From Patescibacteria group bacterium (GTDB lineage: Bacteria > Patescibacteriota > Minisyncoccia > Phycocordibacterales > UBA1550): a stretch of 64,000 nt of DNA. The DNA is taken from the NCBI GenBank assembly GCA_038062675.1, contig JBBTWP010000001.1, positions 186,059-250,058 of the forward strand. The letters are read 5' to 3'. The notes under the pieces are model-generated. The model had not been told where the DNA came from. It searched no databases and saw nothing but the letters and a program-made list of their open reading frames with translations. Position numbers and translations under genes: made by a program. Numbering within the stretch: the stretch's first letter is position 1; each line of letters begins with the position of its first letter. Positions 20,412 to 30,099 of this stretch are shown piece after piece.

Positions 20412-20816
20412 TTAGCTATTTAAAAAGGTGATGGTTAGCTGTAATGCTGTTGCGAATGTGACCCACAGGAGATAGGGAATGTTTACGTAAACTATCCAGC
20501 GGAGGGTAGGAGCAAGACGCCAAAGGGAGACGAGCGCCCACACCAGCGTACCGAGAACAAGGAGGATATCAAGAGCCGCCAGTAAATTGTTTTGGAGTCC
20601 AAACTGTATTGGTGTGAATGCAAAATTGAATACAAGGTTTAAAATAAATGGCAATGCAATAATGCGGGGAATGTGTCTTCGGTATGCATGGTACAGGACC
20701 ATGCCAAAAGTCACGGCGATGATGACATAGAGCACGGTCCATACCGGGCCAAACAACCAGCTTGGTGGTGCCCAGGTTGGCTTAATGAGCTCCGCGTACC
20801 ACTGGTAGGTTTCCAT
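20412..20816 (-). CDS. tspO: TspO/MBR tryptophan-rich sensory protein
   Basis: WYAELIKPTWAPPSWLFGPVWT and PYLLWVTFA. Confidence 0.92.
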   Translation of the reverse strand: METYQWYAELIKPTWAPPSWLFGPVWTVLYVIIAVTFGMVLYHAYRRHIPRIIALPFILNLVFNFAFTPIQFGLQNNLLAALDILLVLGTLVWALVSLWRLAPTLRWIVYVNIPYLLWVTFATALQLTITFLNS

Positions 20817-20851
20817 ACATACATTGTAGCACGATGTGCCTGATTGCAAAT

Positions 20852-20887
20852 AAAAACCGCTGCGTGTAAATACGCAACGGTTTTTTG
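20852..20887 (-). terminator. intrinsic terminator (bidirectional shape)
   Basis: AAAAACCGCTGCGT...ACGCAACGGTTTTT. Confidence 0.7.
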
Positions 20888-20891
20888 GTTA

Positions 20892-21329
20892 TCACACCCA
20901 CTTTATCGTGTGTCGACGATCGCGACACCCTGGTTGAGCAACATATATATATGTGCCAACAACAGGACAAATGCGCACGTATTTCCATCCACGCCTCTTC
21001 TCGTCATAAAGAAATAGTATTTGACCTGTCTCATCTTCTGTTTCGGCCTCTTCTCTTAATCGTAAAGTTTTCATTCTACCGTTTTCCATAAATAAGAGTC
21101 CTGCAACTTGGAAAAGTTCATCTTCCTCAAAGTGTGGACCAATGATGTGTACCATGTCCCCTATTTTGAGAAACTCGCGGTGTTTAAAGTTGCAACCTCG
21201 ATGACCAAGCAAAGAAGTGCCTCTTGCTGTTTTTTCGATTGGAACACCATGTTGAAGGCAAAACGGACAACGAAGAAATCCATTGATTGGTTCATAGAAA
21301 TCATTTACTTTAATCTGTGGGATACTCAT
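20892..21329 (-). CDS. hypothetical Zn-finger-like protein (CPxC...HxxC), probable paralog of 9085..9558
   Basis: AGGAGGTG SD, promoter-like motif and terminator. Confidence 0.7.
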   Translation of the reverse strand: MSIPQIKVNDFYEPINGFLRCPFCLQHGVPIEKTARGTSLLGHRGCNFKHREFLKIGDMVHIIGPHFEEDELFQVAGLLFMENGRMKTLRLREEAETEDETGQILFLYDEKRRGWKYVRICPVVGTYIYVAQPGCRDRRHTIKWV

Positions 21330-21422
21330 GTGTCACCTCCTGACGTGGTGGTAGTTGGGCACCGCAACAGCTCTGTCTGATTGAAACCATAGCATGTTTC
21401 CTAATGTTTGTACATCCTATTT

Positions 21423-23075
21423 TTAGAGGGTGGGTGTTTCGATGATTCTCACAGGAAAAGACTGCAAGTGAAATTGTTGTTCAATTTTAAGGTGCGAACG
21501 ATCGGCCCAAGGCGTACTCTTCGGCTCAGTCGTCGGGGTAATACGACCCTCACTCCAAGTGAGGATGTACGAATTGTTTTCAAGGCCACCATAAGGATGT
21601 GCAACTTCAGCTTCCCCGCGCTCCTCGGGTGTTTCAATATGGACTAGTGGGGGATTCTCATAATCCTCGCATCCACCAAATGAACCAGCACTCGAGACTG
21701 CTCCAGTGGATAAATGTACACGATCGAATGTCCGACTCCAGCATCCCGCATCACCAAAAGGTGTCATGAGCAAAATTGTATTCAGTGTTTTCGAAACCCC
21801 AACAATACTATTGCGCTTGAGGGTGGTTGCAATTGTTTTGGTTTTTTGTAATGCCGGATCGTACATGTAGAGTGTTGTCGAGCATTGTCCTCGATAATCG
21901 TGGCAGCTTGTGGGGCCGGTGAGATAATAAATCACATTGTCGCTCGGGAGGAAATCTGAAATAATTGAGTTTTCAGAAACGATAAAACCGCTCTCAGCTG
22001 AAAAGGTGTGTTCTGTGGCACCATCGCTTGACAGGTGAAGACGTACAAGTGATGGTTGTTTGTTGTTTTTTGAAAAATAAAAATCTTGTGTGCTGGGTGA
22101 AAATGAATACATGTCGGCCCCACGGGGAAGCGAGAATATTTTGCGTGCAATACGAGTGTTTGTGTCTATAAAGAATAATCCCCTGTTGGAAGTTTTTTCA
22201 AATTTATCCTCTGCAACCAAAATACGTCCCACTCCAACTTTAGGAAATATCCCGTTTGCGATGGTGCTCTCGAGTGTCTTTACAATCCCGCGTGATTCCA
22301 GTTCGCACGCTTCAGGAAGCGGGTTTTCGTTGGTGCTTATTACACGAAAAGCAAGCGGATTTGGCTCAGAGAATCGCAGGTATAACGACAGATATTCGTA
22401 GGGGCGGTATGGTTCGTTTGATCCACCCCAGAGAAATGTCATGCGTGTCGTTGTTGCGGGATTGAATGGTGCGTATGACGTGAGGAGGTCGCGGTTTGCA
22501 GTTATGCTTCTCAACCATGACTCCTCTTTGTTGTTGCCGAATGTAACATTGTAGGTTGTTCGTGACTGGCCATGTTCCACGGACGGGTCCCCCGACAGAA
22601 GAATCGCGCAGGAATTATTTTTATTTACAAATACTTGTTGTATATTCTCAAAAAAGTATGGTTTGGTATCAAATGCCGATGGTTCGACAGCGATCCACGC
22701 ATCGGGCATGCGGACACGGAATGAATATTCCGGGAACTCGACATACGCCCCTTGTATATCCGGTATCTCGGGAATTTTTTCAGGGGACTTTTCAAACGGA
22801 GGAGTGCCAATAAAGCTTGGTGGGAATGTAGTTGGAAGGGGCCCGCCATACGTGGGAGCAGCAAGCCTTCTTCCTGAGGGGTCCCATGGGGGAGGCGGTA
22901 AGCTTGTAACGAGTGGTGTGCTCGACAAATTGGGCGCCCTTCCCTCAGCCACACGTTTTCCGACGAGATATCCACCAACCCCGATTATTGCAATGACGAT
23001 AAAAGTAGAGAAGATGAGCAACGCTAGATCCTGTTGTTTTTTAATTTTGAATGCCATTTTTTTTAATAATATCAT
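21423..23075 (-). CDS. membrane-anchored extracellular hypothetical protein
   Basis: N-terminal TM, Pro-rich linker and a large beta-rich domain with Cys pairs. Confidence 0.75.
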   Translation of the reverse strand: MILLKKMAFKIKKQQDLALLIFSTFIVIAIIGVGGYLVGKRVAEGRAPNLSSTPLVTSLPPPPWDPSGRRLAAPTYGGPLPTTFPPSFIGTPPFEKSPEKIPEIPDIQGAYVEFPEYSFRVRMPDAWIAVEPSAFDTKPYFFENIQQVFVNKNNSCAILLSGDPSVEHGQSRTTYNVTFGNNKEESWLRSITANRDLLTSYAPFNPATTTRMTFLWGGSNEPYRPYEYLSLYLRFSEPNPLAFRVISTNENPLPEACELESRGIVKTLESTIANGIFPKVGVGRILVAEDKFEKTSNRGLFFIDTNTRIARKIFSLPRGADMYSFSPSTQDFYFSKNNKQPSLVRLHLSSDGATEHTFSAESGFIVSENSIISDFLPSDNVIYYLTGPTSCHDYRGQCSTTLYMYDPALQKTKTIATTLKRNSIVGVSKTLNTILLMTPFGDAGCWSRTFDRVHLSTGAVSSAGSFGGCEDYENPPLVHIETPEERGEAEVAHPYGGLENNSYILTWSEGRITPTTEPKSTPWADRSHLKIEQQFHLQSFPVRIIETPTL

Positions 23076-23083
23076 ATTTCAGT

Positions 23084-23797
23084 TCATGCTCGAATGGGCA
23101 CCTCAATAAGGAGAACTGTGGCGGGGGTGGTTGCGGAGATGGAAAAGCGGGCTGTTTCGGAAATGCCGATTGCATCGCGTTTTGAAAGATGTTCGCCGTC
23201 GATTTCCACTTCCCCTTCCACAACCATAACATATGCGCCATTTCCCTTGTGTGCAATGGTGTACACAAGGGAAGTTTTTGCATCCATGTCCGTCCATGCA
23301 ATGCGCGTGTTTTGGTAGATTTGCAACGTGCCAGGTGTCTGATCTCCTGAAACTAAAAACTGCCAAGCATTTTTTCTGAGAGTGGGGTCAAAGCGGGTTT
23401 GCGCATAGCGAGGTTCTGCGTTTTTTATGTTTGGCTCAATCCAAATCTGAAAAAGAGAAAGAGGTTCCGTTTTGGAAGCATTGTATTCGGAATGCACAAC
23501 TCCGGTCCCTGCGGACATTGCTTGTACTTCTCCTGCGTGTACCATACCCTTGTTTCCCATGTTGTCCTCGTGAGTGACAGCGCCCGAAAGCGGGATAGTG
23601 ATGATCTCAAAATTGCGATGCGGGTGCATGTCGAATTTTCCCGGAGGTGCAATGTGGTCGTCGTTCAAGACCCGCAACGCCCCAAACCCCATGCGCGTCG
23701 GCTCATACCAATCAGCAAAGCTAAAACTAAAATGAGTTTTTAGCCAGCCGTGATCCCCCTCCCCACGTTCCCCCGCTCGGTGAATTATTTTCTGCAT
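23084..23797 (-). CDS. pirin family protein (YhhW-like)
   Basis: HPHRNFE, HEDNMGN, MSAGTGVVHSE and QIW motifs. Confidence 0.93.
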   Translation of the reverse strand: MQKIIHRAGERGEGDHGWLKTHFSFSFADWYEPTRMGFGALRVLNDDHIAPPGKFDMHPHRNFEIITIPLSGAVTHEDNMGNKGMVHAGEVQAMSAGTGVVHSEYNASKTEPLSLFQIWIEPNIKNAEPRYAQTRFDPTLRKNAWQFLVSGDQTPGTLQIYQNTRIAWTDMDAKTSLVYTIAHKGNGAYVMVVEGEVEIDGEHLSKRDAIGISETARFSISATTPATVLLIEVPIRA

Positions 23798-23810
23798 GGC
23801 TAAAAAGCTG

Positions 23811-24806
23811 TTATTTCTTTTTTCCTACTGCAAGCATGGTCAAAATGAGGCCAAGCATCTTGTCCTTGTGGGAGGGATCACTCTCGGCAACCAAGAGCGT
23901 GATGGCGGTAAGTGCTGGGGGTGTAATGCGCGAAGTGTCGAGCGCCTTCGCTTTTGCCAGGAACCACACAAACGCATATGCACCACTTCGTTTGTTCCCG
24001 TCGACGAAGGGGTGATTTTTAATAATGAAGTAAAGAAGGTGAGCAGCTTTTTCCTCGACACTTTGATACACATCTGCGCCGCCAAAAGATTGCATGACAT
24101 TTCCCACAATCCCGGCAATACTTCCCCGCTCGCGTTCAGTGGCAAAAAGGTCAGTCGCCTCACCTTTTCCAAGAAGTGATTTTTTAAGTGAAGAAAGAGC
24201 ATCGGAAAAAACATCGGCCGTGAGTTTAACCGATTTTTTTGTAGCACCCTTTGTGATCAAGGTGTCCTTGTCGTATGCGTCGAGAGAAAGCCATGTGTCA
24301 GCAAAAAGCGTAATGAGTTCAAGGACACCCTCTGTATCGATCGCCGTTCCCTTTGGGAGGAGCGCTTTTACGTCAGCTACGGTCTTCAGGAACGCATCAT
24401 AATTCTGTGCGATGCGCGACTTGTTGATGGTGTAGCCGTCGACGATATGAGCGCGTAAAGTTTTTGTCGCCCATTGGCGGAAAATGGTTGCTTTCTTGCT
24501 ATTCACTCGATATCCAACAGAAAGAATCATGTCGAGATTGTAATGCATTACATCACGGTCAACCTCGCGCTTCCCCTCCTTCTGAACTATCCGGAAATTC
24601 CGGAGAGTTGCAGAGGCTGTTAACTCCTTTGTTTTATAGATATTTTTGATATGTTCATTGATGGTACGCACATCCACGTCAAAAGCTGTCGCAATCTGCG
24701 CCTGTGTTGCCCATACGGTTTCCTTGCCAAAGTCGCCCCGAAGCTCGATAGCCCCCGATTTTGCTTGGTAAATCACTGTCTCTTTTTTTGTCGCCTTCGC
24801 TTTCAT
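23811..24806 (-). CDS. RhuM-like virulence domain + Fic/Doc domain protein
   Basis: YNLDMILSVGYRVNS..FRQWAT and HPFVDGNKR. Confidence 0.92.
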   Translation of the reverse strand: MKAKATKKETVIYQAKSGAIELRGDFGKETVWATQAQIATAFDVDVRTINEHIKNIYKTKELTASATLRNFRIVQKEGKREVDRDVMHYNLDMILSVGYRVNSKKATIFRQWATKTLRAHIVDGYTINKSRIAQNYDAFLKTVADVKALLPKGTAIDTEGVLELITLFADTWLSLDAYDKDTLITKGATKKSVKLTADVFSDALSSLKKSLLGKGEATDLFATERERGSIAGIVGNVMQSFGGADVYQSVEEKAAHLLYFIIKNHPFVDGNKRSGAYAFVWFLAKAKALDTSRITPPALTAITLLVAESDPSHKDKMLGLILTMLAVGKKK

Positions 24807-24839
24807 AATGACGTATTGTAACACATCAACGCTTGTTTT

Positions 24840-25889
24840 CTAGGACGCTTTTTGGTCAGTAGCAAAATCTAGGTCTTGCTCAGGTATTCCTAGTGTCTTG
24901 CCGTACGCAGTTGCGTCTGTCCAAGTTGATTTGTCTCCACTTTGAATCGTGAAAATTCTATCCTTAAAAATAATTTTGCCGATATTTTTTTCTGATTGTC
25001 GCAGATGAATATACCACGGGCCGCTCGTCAGGGACTGTGAAAGCTCGGTGAGTTGTTTTTCGCCTACCGAGACGTGGTACACCATTTCGTCCCCTTCTCG
25101 TTCTGTTTTGTTGACCTTCAGCTTCTCAAGGATACGCTCGTCGCTCAAACTTTTCTTGATGACCACTCCCTTGAATGCTCGTTTTTCAAAATTGATTACG
25201 CATTCCTCGTAGAGTTTTTTGATTCTATTGTATTCCTTTTCTGCCTTCTCGACAGCAGCAAGAAGATCGCCCGCTTTTGAGTTTTTGACGGTATCACGTA
25301 CTGCCTCTTTTGCAATGTCTTTTGCCTTGCTTTCGAGATGTCCTCGTACGTTGGTGAGCTCTTTCAATTTTTCCTCAAGTAACTTTTTCAAGTTGAAACA
25401 TCCAGGCTCGTCACCCCCTTCTCCCCCCTTTTTCTTTTTTAGTAATTTACCAGCAATGAAACCAAACGGAAGCGTTGCAAGAAGTGCAAGGATTACCCAA
25501 AGTATCGGATTTGTGGAGGTCTTTTGTGGGGTGGTCGGTATCGGACTTGAGGGTGTTGGTGTGGTGGGTGCTATTGTCGTGACCGGCGTTGGTGCTTGGG
25601 GGTTCGCCGGACGCGGCGCGAGAGGCGTGGAGGTTGTTGCTGGCTTGGGTGCTGATGCCGGTGCGGTTATAGGTGCCGGGCGCGGCGCCGACACCGCTCC
25701 TGATGTCGAAGTGGAAGCAGGTGCAACTGCGGGGTCGGTAGTCCCTGTTGGTTCTATAGCTGGCTTAGTTTTAGAAAGGGTTGCGGGGACTGGCTCTGCT
25801 ATCGCGCCCGAGTCTCCCGTTTGTGCGAGTATTGGGCTTGGGGTGAACAGAACGAGGAGTAACAGTAATTTGGTCATGCTTCTGTTCAT
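24840..25889 (-). CDS. single-pass membrane protein with Pro/Thr/Ala-rich stalk and cytoplasmic coiled coil
   Basis: signal peptide, low-complexity P/T/A region, TM followed by KKKK. Confidence 0.75.
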   Translation of the reverse strand: MNRSMTKLLLLLVLFTPSPILAQTGDSGAIAEPVPATLSKTKPAIEPTGTTDPAVAPASTSTSGAVSAPRPAPITAPASAPKPATTSTPLAPRPANPQAPTPVTTIAPTTPTPSSPIPTTPQKTSTNPILWVILALLATLPFGFIAGKLLKKKKGGEGGDEPGCFNLKKLLEEKLKELTNVRGHLESKAKDIAKEAVRDTVKNSKAGDLLAAVEKAEKEYNRIKKLYEECVINFEKRAFKGVVIKKSLSDERILEKLKVNKTEREGDEMVYHVSVGEKQLTELSQSLTSGPWYIHLRQSEKNIGKIIFKDRIFTIQSGDKSTWTDATAYGKTLGIPEQDLDFATDQKAS

Positions 25890-25913
25890 GTGGTTGTTAT
25901 GTTAAAAAATATT

Positions 25914-26081
25914 CTACGCCTTTTGTTCGTATTTCAAGATCGCATCAACAAGTGGTGGCACCCACTTTTTTTGAGTAAACAAAAGTGCCAAACCAACGAG
26001 AATCAGGACCAAAAGAACTACGCGCACTACTCGAATAGTTTTGCTCGAGTTATTTTCCATTCGCTCTAAGATGGGCTGCAT
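25914..26081 (-). CDS. small (55 aa) single-TM protein not in the ORF track
   Basis: MQPILERMENNSSKTIRVVRVVLLVLILVGLALLFTQKKWVPPLVDAILKYEQKA; TATACT shortly upstream. Confidence 0.6.
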   Translation of the reverse strand: MQPILERMENNSSKTIRVVRVVLLVLILVGLALLFTQKKWVPPLVDAILKYEQKA

Positions 26082-26197
26082 ATATATTAATAGTATACTA
26101 CAATTTTGAGATTGTGAATGTGCAGAAATTAATCGCTATTTAGTTGTGTTGCTTGAGCGCCAGCCGAGCTCACGAAGAATTTCTTTGGTTCCGTTCA

Positions 26198-26680
26198 CTA
26201 CAAAAAAAGCGGATTGTAGGTAAAACTAAAAGCTCCCGAGGGTTCGGTGTAAGTCAATGTTTCAGGACGATTTTCAGTATTTGATAGGCGTGTTGTGAAA
26301 ATGTGTGGCAAAAATATAAATGCGCCGATGATGCCTGCAGTAAGTGTTGCCAAGAGGACTGCTCCTGCTGCGACGTCTTTTGTATCCCGTGCGTAGGGGT
26401 GGTATTCGGGAGACGTGAGGTTGATATCGATTTCAATCGCGGTGTTGAATGCTTCTGCAACCAAAACAAGTCCACTTGCAAGAATGAGGGCAATCCACTC
26501 CGTGCTCGTAATCTTGAATACAAATCCAAGCGCCACCGCAAGCACGAGAACTGCTGCGTGCACCCACGCATTATGAGTGCTCTTGAAAAAAATTGTTATT
26601 CCTCGACCAGCATGCGTAAAACTCTCTGCACGCTTCACCATCGAAAACTTTTCATCTCTAATCCCCTTGTTGTCTATCAT
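26198..26680 (-). CDS. dgkA: diacylglycerol/undecaprenol kinase (DgkA family)
   Basis: SF..A..G, EAFNTAIE and KDVAAGAVL. Confidence 0.9.
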   Translation of the reverse strand: MIDNKGIRDEKFSMVKRAESFTHAGRGITIFFKSTHNAWVHAAVLVLAVALGFVFKITSTEWIALILASGLVLVAEAFNTAIEIDINLTSPEYHPYARDTKDVAAGAVLLATLTAGIIGAFIFLPHIFTTRLSNTENRPETLTYTEPSGAFSFTYNPLFL

Positions 26681-26723
26681 GGTGTAATTATAGCAGATTA
26701 CGGATTTTTTTAGATCACTGTTC

Positions 26724-26754
26724 GCCTACGGCAAGGACCGCCCTTGCCGTAGGC
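26724..26754. repeat. REP-like perfect hairpin
   Basis: GCCTACGGCAAGG-ACCGC-CCTTGCCGTAGGC, 13-bp stem with no U-tract. Confidence 0.6.
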
Positions 26755-26758
26755 ATTG

Positions 26759-27262
26759 TTATACAATCTTTACTCTTTGTGTAATCTGCGCCCTTAAGTT
26801 GTCTTCATTTGGGGTTGAAGTTACATGAAGAATAGGAATACCGCAATGATTTAATACCCTATCTACAAATCCGTCACGTAGTTGCCTTTCTGGTTTTTCG
26901 TGTGAGGGGTCATCAAGTTCAATTACTAAAATAGGTGAGATATTCTGCTTATCAAAAAGTACAAAGTCCACCGACTTTAAATCAATTTTGTTTCTGTAGC
27001 CGCTTTTTAGTGAACCCTTGCCACTTAGTAGGACAATTTTATCGAGAGCTAATTGTGGGAAAATATAATATTGACCCTCAACAGCTTTTTCAAGTATCAC
27101 AAAAAACTCATGCTCAGCGCGAGTAAGCAAGTAGGACTTTTTCATATATGGGAGCCACTCTTCTTTTTTGGCTGATTTTCCAAGATCATTTTTCTGAGCA
27201 AGCAACTTAAAAATGAACCCCAGAACAAAGACAATGAGCGCGAGAACTATAAGCTTGTTCAT
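26759..27262 (-). CDS. DUF2726 family protein (restriction-endonuclease-like fold, N-terminal TM)
   Basis: LLTRAE..FF, KSVDFVL, IELDDPSH and RD.FVD motifs. Confidence 0.88.
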   Translation of the reverse strand: MNKLIVLALIVFVLGFIFKLLAQKNDLGKSAKKEEWLPYMKKSYLLTRAEHEFFVILEKAVEGQYYIFPQLALDKIVLLSGKGSLKSGYRNKIDLKSVDFVLFDKQNISPILVIELDDPSHEKPERQLRDGFVDRVLNHCGIPILHVTSTPNEDNLRAQITQRVKIV

Positions 27263-27429
27263 ATTGCACTAAGTATAGCCTGTGAAATTAACCTCGGCAA
27301 CCTTATTTCGGCCTCTCAAAGTAGGTTTTCTTTGTGGTTCGGGAGTCTTTGCAAATTACACCACACAACTTATTTCACGAGGTCTCACCTCGAGCCCGTC
27401 GAATCAACGAGAGGTGGTACCCACATTTT

Positions 27430-28293
27430 TTAGGTAAACAAATTGAATTTGTTGTTATACTGATAATCGTGCAGTTTTTCTATAAAGTTTATCTTTTTTT
27501 CGGCGAAATGATCTTTTGACGGCATAAGGAATTCTTTTATTTTTTTATCTAGCCAAGTAGAAAATTTCTCGCATGAAAACAAAATCAAAAAGAAAAGCAG
27601 AAGTAATGACGGGTTTGATAGTGAAAAATCTCCATACGCCCAGAGATGACCGAAAAAAATGGCGGACGGGAAAGTCGCCAATAAAATGGCAAAAAGAACA
27701 TTCTTTGAGATATAGAAGTACTTGAAAAACGGCTCAATATTTTTCTTCTCGTCTTTAGGCGGAGGATTCTCACCCCTACCATAATGATATTTGTCGATAG
27801 CCGTTTGAATTCGTTCATAACGAGCATCGGATAACCAAAACAAAAATTTCAACACTCTATTGGCTAACTCGTTGAGCATGCGTTTGAAAAAAAGTCTATC
27901 AGAGAGATGATTTGCCACTAAAATCTCTACAAACTCATTCATTGTAAAACTTCTACTTGATAACTGGTGGTTAACTTTTTGGGTCGCATTATCAAATGTA
28001 AATTCGCTACCATCCGAAAAAAAGTTTGTGACTTTTCTTTTGTACTCCTCTCCTTCGGTGATGATATAACTAGTCTTTCCCACCTCTTTTTCGGGCCTAG
28101 TCATTACTACGGAATAAAAAAATCCGCGATCTAGGGCAGCGATTTTGATAAACATCCGCCTTTCATCCTTAAAATAGGGCGTATTTTCCGGATAAAGACG
28201 AATCAGAGAAAATCCCATTTCATTCTGAAATGCTGTGATTGACTCATCGGAGTTTTGGTGTGTATAAAGTTTTACGAATTCATCGCTCTTCAT
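27430..28293 (-). CDS. hypothetical membrane protein (C-terminal TMs) within the defence islet
   Basis: 287-aa ORF co-oriented directly after the DUF262-HNH gene. Confidence 0.7.
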   Translation of the reverse strand: MKSDEFVKLYTHQNSDESITAFQNEMGFSLIRLYPENTPYFKDERRMFIKIAALDRGFFYSVVMTRPEKEVGKTSYIITEGEEYKRKVTNFFSDGSEFTFDNATQKVNHQLSSRSFTMNEFVEILVANHLSDRLFFKRMLNELANRVLKFLFWLSDARYERIQTAIDKYHYGRGENPPPKDEKKNIEPFFKYFYISKNVLFAILLATFPSAIFFGHLWAYGDFSLSNPSLLLLFFLILFSCEKFSTWLDKKIKEFLMPSKDHFAEKKINFIEKLHDYQYNNKFNLFT

Positions 28294-28315
28294 AGGATTT
28301 TATGCTTTTAGCACA

Positions 28316-29479
28316 TTATCGATTTCCTTTTGCTCGATTGTGTGTTTTACAGAGCATCTGACAGTTCTTTACTGAGGTAGCGCCACCCTTGCTCCACGCT
28401 GATACATGGTCGGCATCCATTTCGGCTAGCTTCCAAACTTTACCCTTGTTGGCATCATGTCCAAGAGTACAAAGAGGACAGTTCGATTCATTTTTAGCTT
28501 TAGCTTTGTCTGTTTGCGTTGCGTAAACTGACTTTTTTGTTGCTTCGTCAAAAACTCTCACCTCTAGCAGTTTTGTATCGGCTGAACCGCCGAGAATGTA
28601 CTCAAAAATCCCTTTACGGTTTTTGATATACGGATCACCGTAGAGCTTATGTAACTCTCTTGATACCTTAGCGGGGTCGTAAGCTTTCTTGTGGTACTCC
28701 TCATACAGTCGTCCCCACTCAAGACCTTTCATCTCGCTCTCCACATCTTTGAATATACTAGAAACCCACTCTATAACACTATTAAAATATGTTTTTAATT
28801 CAGTGATATTTTTGTTACTACGATGACTACTCATGTAATCGTTGATATTACCTTTGCTCACCCAATCAAGTGCTCGCTCCAGAAACTCCTGCCTGTTTGC
28901 GCTACCTGAGACATACGCACTCCATTTTTGAATATTGGCATTCTGGCTGTTACTAAATTCTTCTTTACCAAGTGTTACAAATGGACCATAATAAACAGCG
29001 TTCAATAACTCTTGATGACTCAAAGGAACACCAGAGATGTTAATCGTCTTAAACCACTCTATTATTTCACTTTCTTTACCTTCACATTCGTAAATGAGTA
29101 GCTTCGATTCCAAAATCTTAATCTGCTTATCTTTAGCAATACCACTAAAATATTGCTCCATACCATTTTCATCCTTAACAGCAAATTTGTCGGTCACGTA
29201 GCGTCCAATACTGGTAATGCGTTGTTGTCCGTCCAAAACTTCAAGGACATCGTCACTGACTTTATTAAAATATATCAATCCAAGTGGGTACCCCTTTAGG
29301 ATTGATTCGATAACGGCAACATCCTTTTTACCATCTGCATAAATATAGTTACGCTGATACTCTGGCTGAATAGTTAATTTGCCTGACAAGCCAAACAACC
29401 CCTTGCCTTCAAGCTCGTTGTAAACAAATCCTTCACAGATATCTTTGACGGTGATGCTAGTTTTTAAAATTGTTTTCAT
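28316..29479 (-). CDS. DUF262 (GmrSD-like) + HNH endonuclease
   Basis: PEYQRNY, VLDGQQR, F..IN..G..L; C-terminal CPLC...ADH..W..GG.T...NCQMLC..HN. Confidence 0.9.
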   Translation of the reverse strand: MKTILKTSITVKDICEGFVYNELEGKGLFGLSGKLTIQPEYQRNYIYADGKKDVAVIESILKGYPLGLIYFNKVSDDVLEVLDGQQRITSIGRYVTDKFAVKDENGMEQYFSGIAKDKQIKILESKLLIYECEGKESEIIEWFKTINISGVPLSHQELLNAVYYGPFVTLGKEEFSNSQNANIQKWSAYVSGSANRQEFLERALDWVSKGNINDYMSSHRSNKNITELKTYFNSVIEWVSSIFKDVESEMKGLEWGRLYEEYHKKAYDPAKVSRELHKLYGDPYIKNRKGIFEYILGGSADTKLLEVRVFDEATKKSVYATQTDKAKAKNESNCPLCTLGHDANKGKVWKLAEMDADHVSAWSKGGATSVKNCQMLCKTHNRAKGNR

Positions 29480-29492
29480 ATTATTTTTTTGT

Positions 29493-30098
29493 TTAACTTA
29501 CTATGTCTGGCAAGTCTCGCAATTTCTTGCCTTTATATTTAAAATAATCCGCACCTGCATAAGCTCCACTCTCGTTCAGTTCGCCTCGTTGCTCATAGAG
29601 TTTATACGCGAGCGGAGATAATTTCCAAACCTGACCACCATATTCCACTTCTCGTTCACCGACAATTTTCGCTGTTATTTTTTCATCATCCTTAAAAACA
29701 ATCTCTTCCCCATTTTTCAAACCTTTTTTATAAAAGCTGAACAGTCTGCCTTGTCTTCTCACTTTCGATACTTCATCAAACTCTTTTTCCTGGTCAATGT
29801 TTTCAGGGTAAATAACTTTACCTTTAAATGAAAGTAGGAGCTCCCGAATCAATTCTTGGTCTAGGGCGAATAGTTCACTCTCACCAACTCGGTGTTTATT
29901 AAAAATATCGTGTAAGAGAGTTTCTTTCTCGACATAATCCTCAAGTTCAATTGCAAAAAATCTCTTTAACCCAGCAACATTGTAATAACCATTCGCTTCA
30001 AGGTTTCGCATCCTCTCCTGGTAATTATTTGTGCCTGTTTGTCCGATTTTTATCAAACCTGAAACAGCTGTTGTCGTTATATAAATAATTCCCTTCAT
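29493..30098 (-). CDS. GIY-YIG (T5orf172-like) nuclease-family protein
   Basis: GIIYI..LIKIG.T...ERMR.L, E..LH..F...R...ELF; start at MKGIIY right after the methylase stop. Confidence 0.82.
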   Translation of the reverse strand: MKGIIYITTTAVSGLIKIGQTGTNNYQERMRNLEANGYYNVAGLKRFFAIELEDYVEKETLLHDIFNKHRVGESELFALDQELIRELLLSFKGKVIYPENIDQEKEFDEVSKVRRQGRLFSFYKKGLKNGEEIVFKDDEKITAKIVGEREVEYGGQVWKLSPLAYKLYEQRGELNESGAYAGADYFKYKGKKLRDLPDIVS

Positions 30099-30099
30099 A

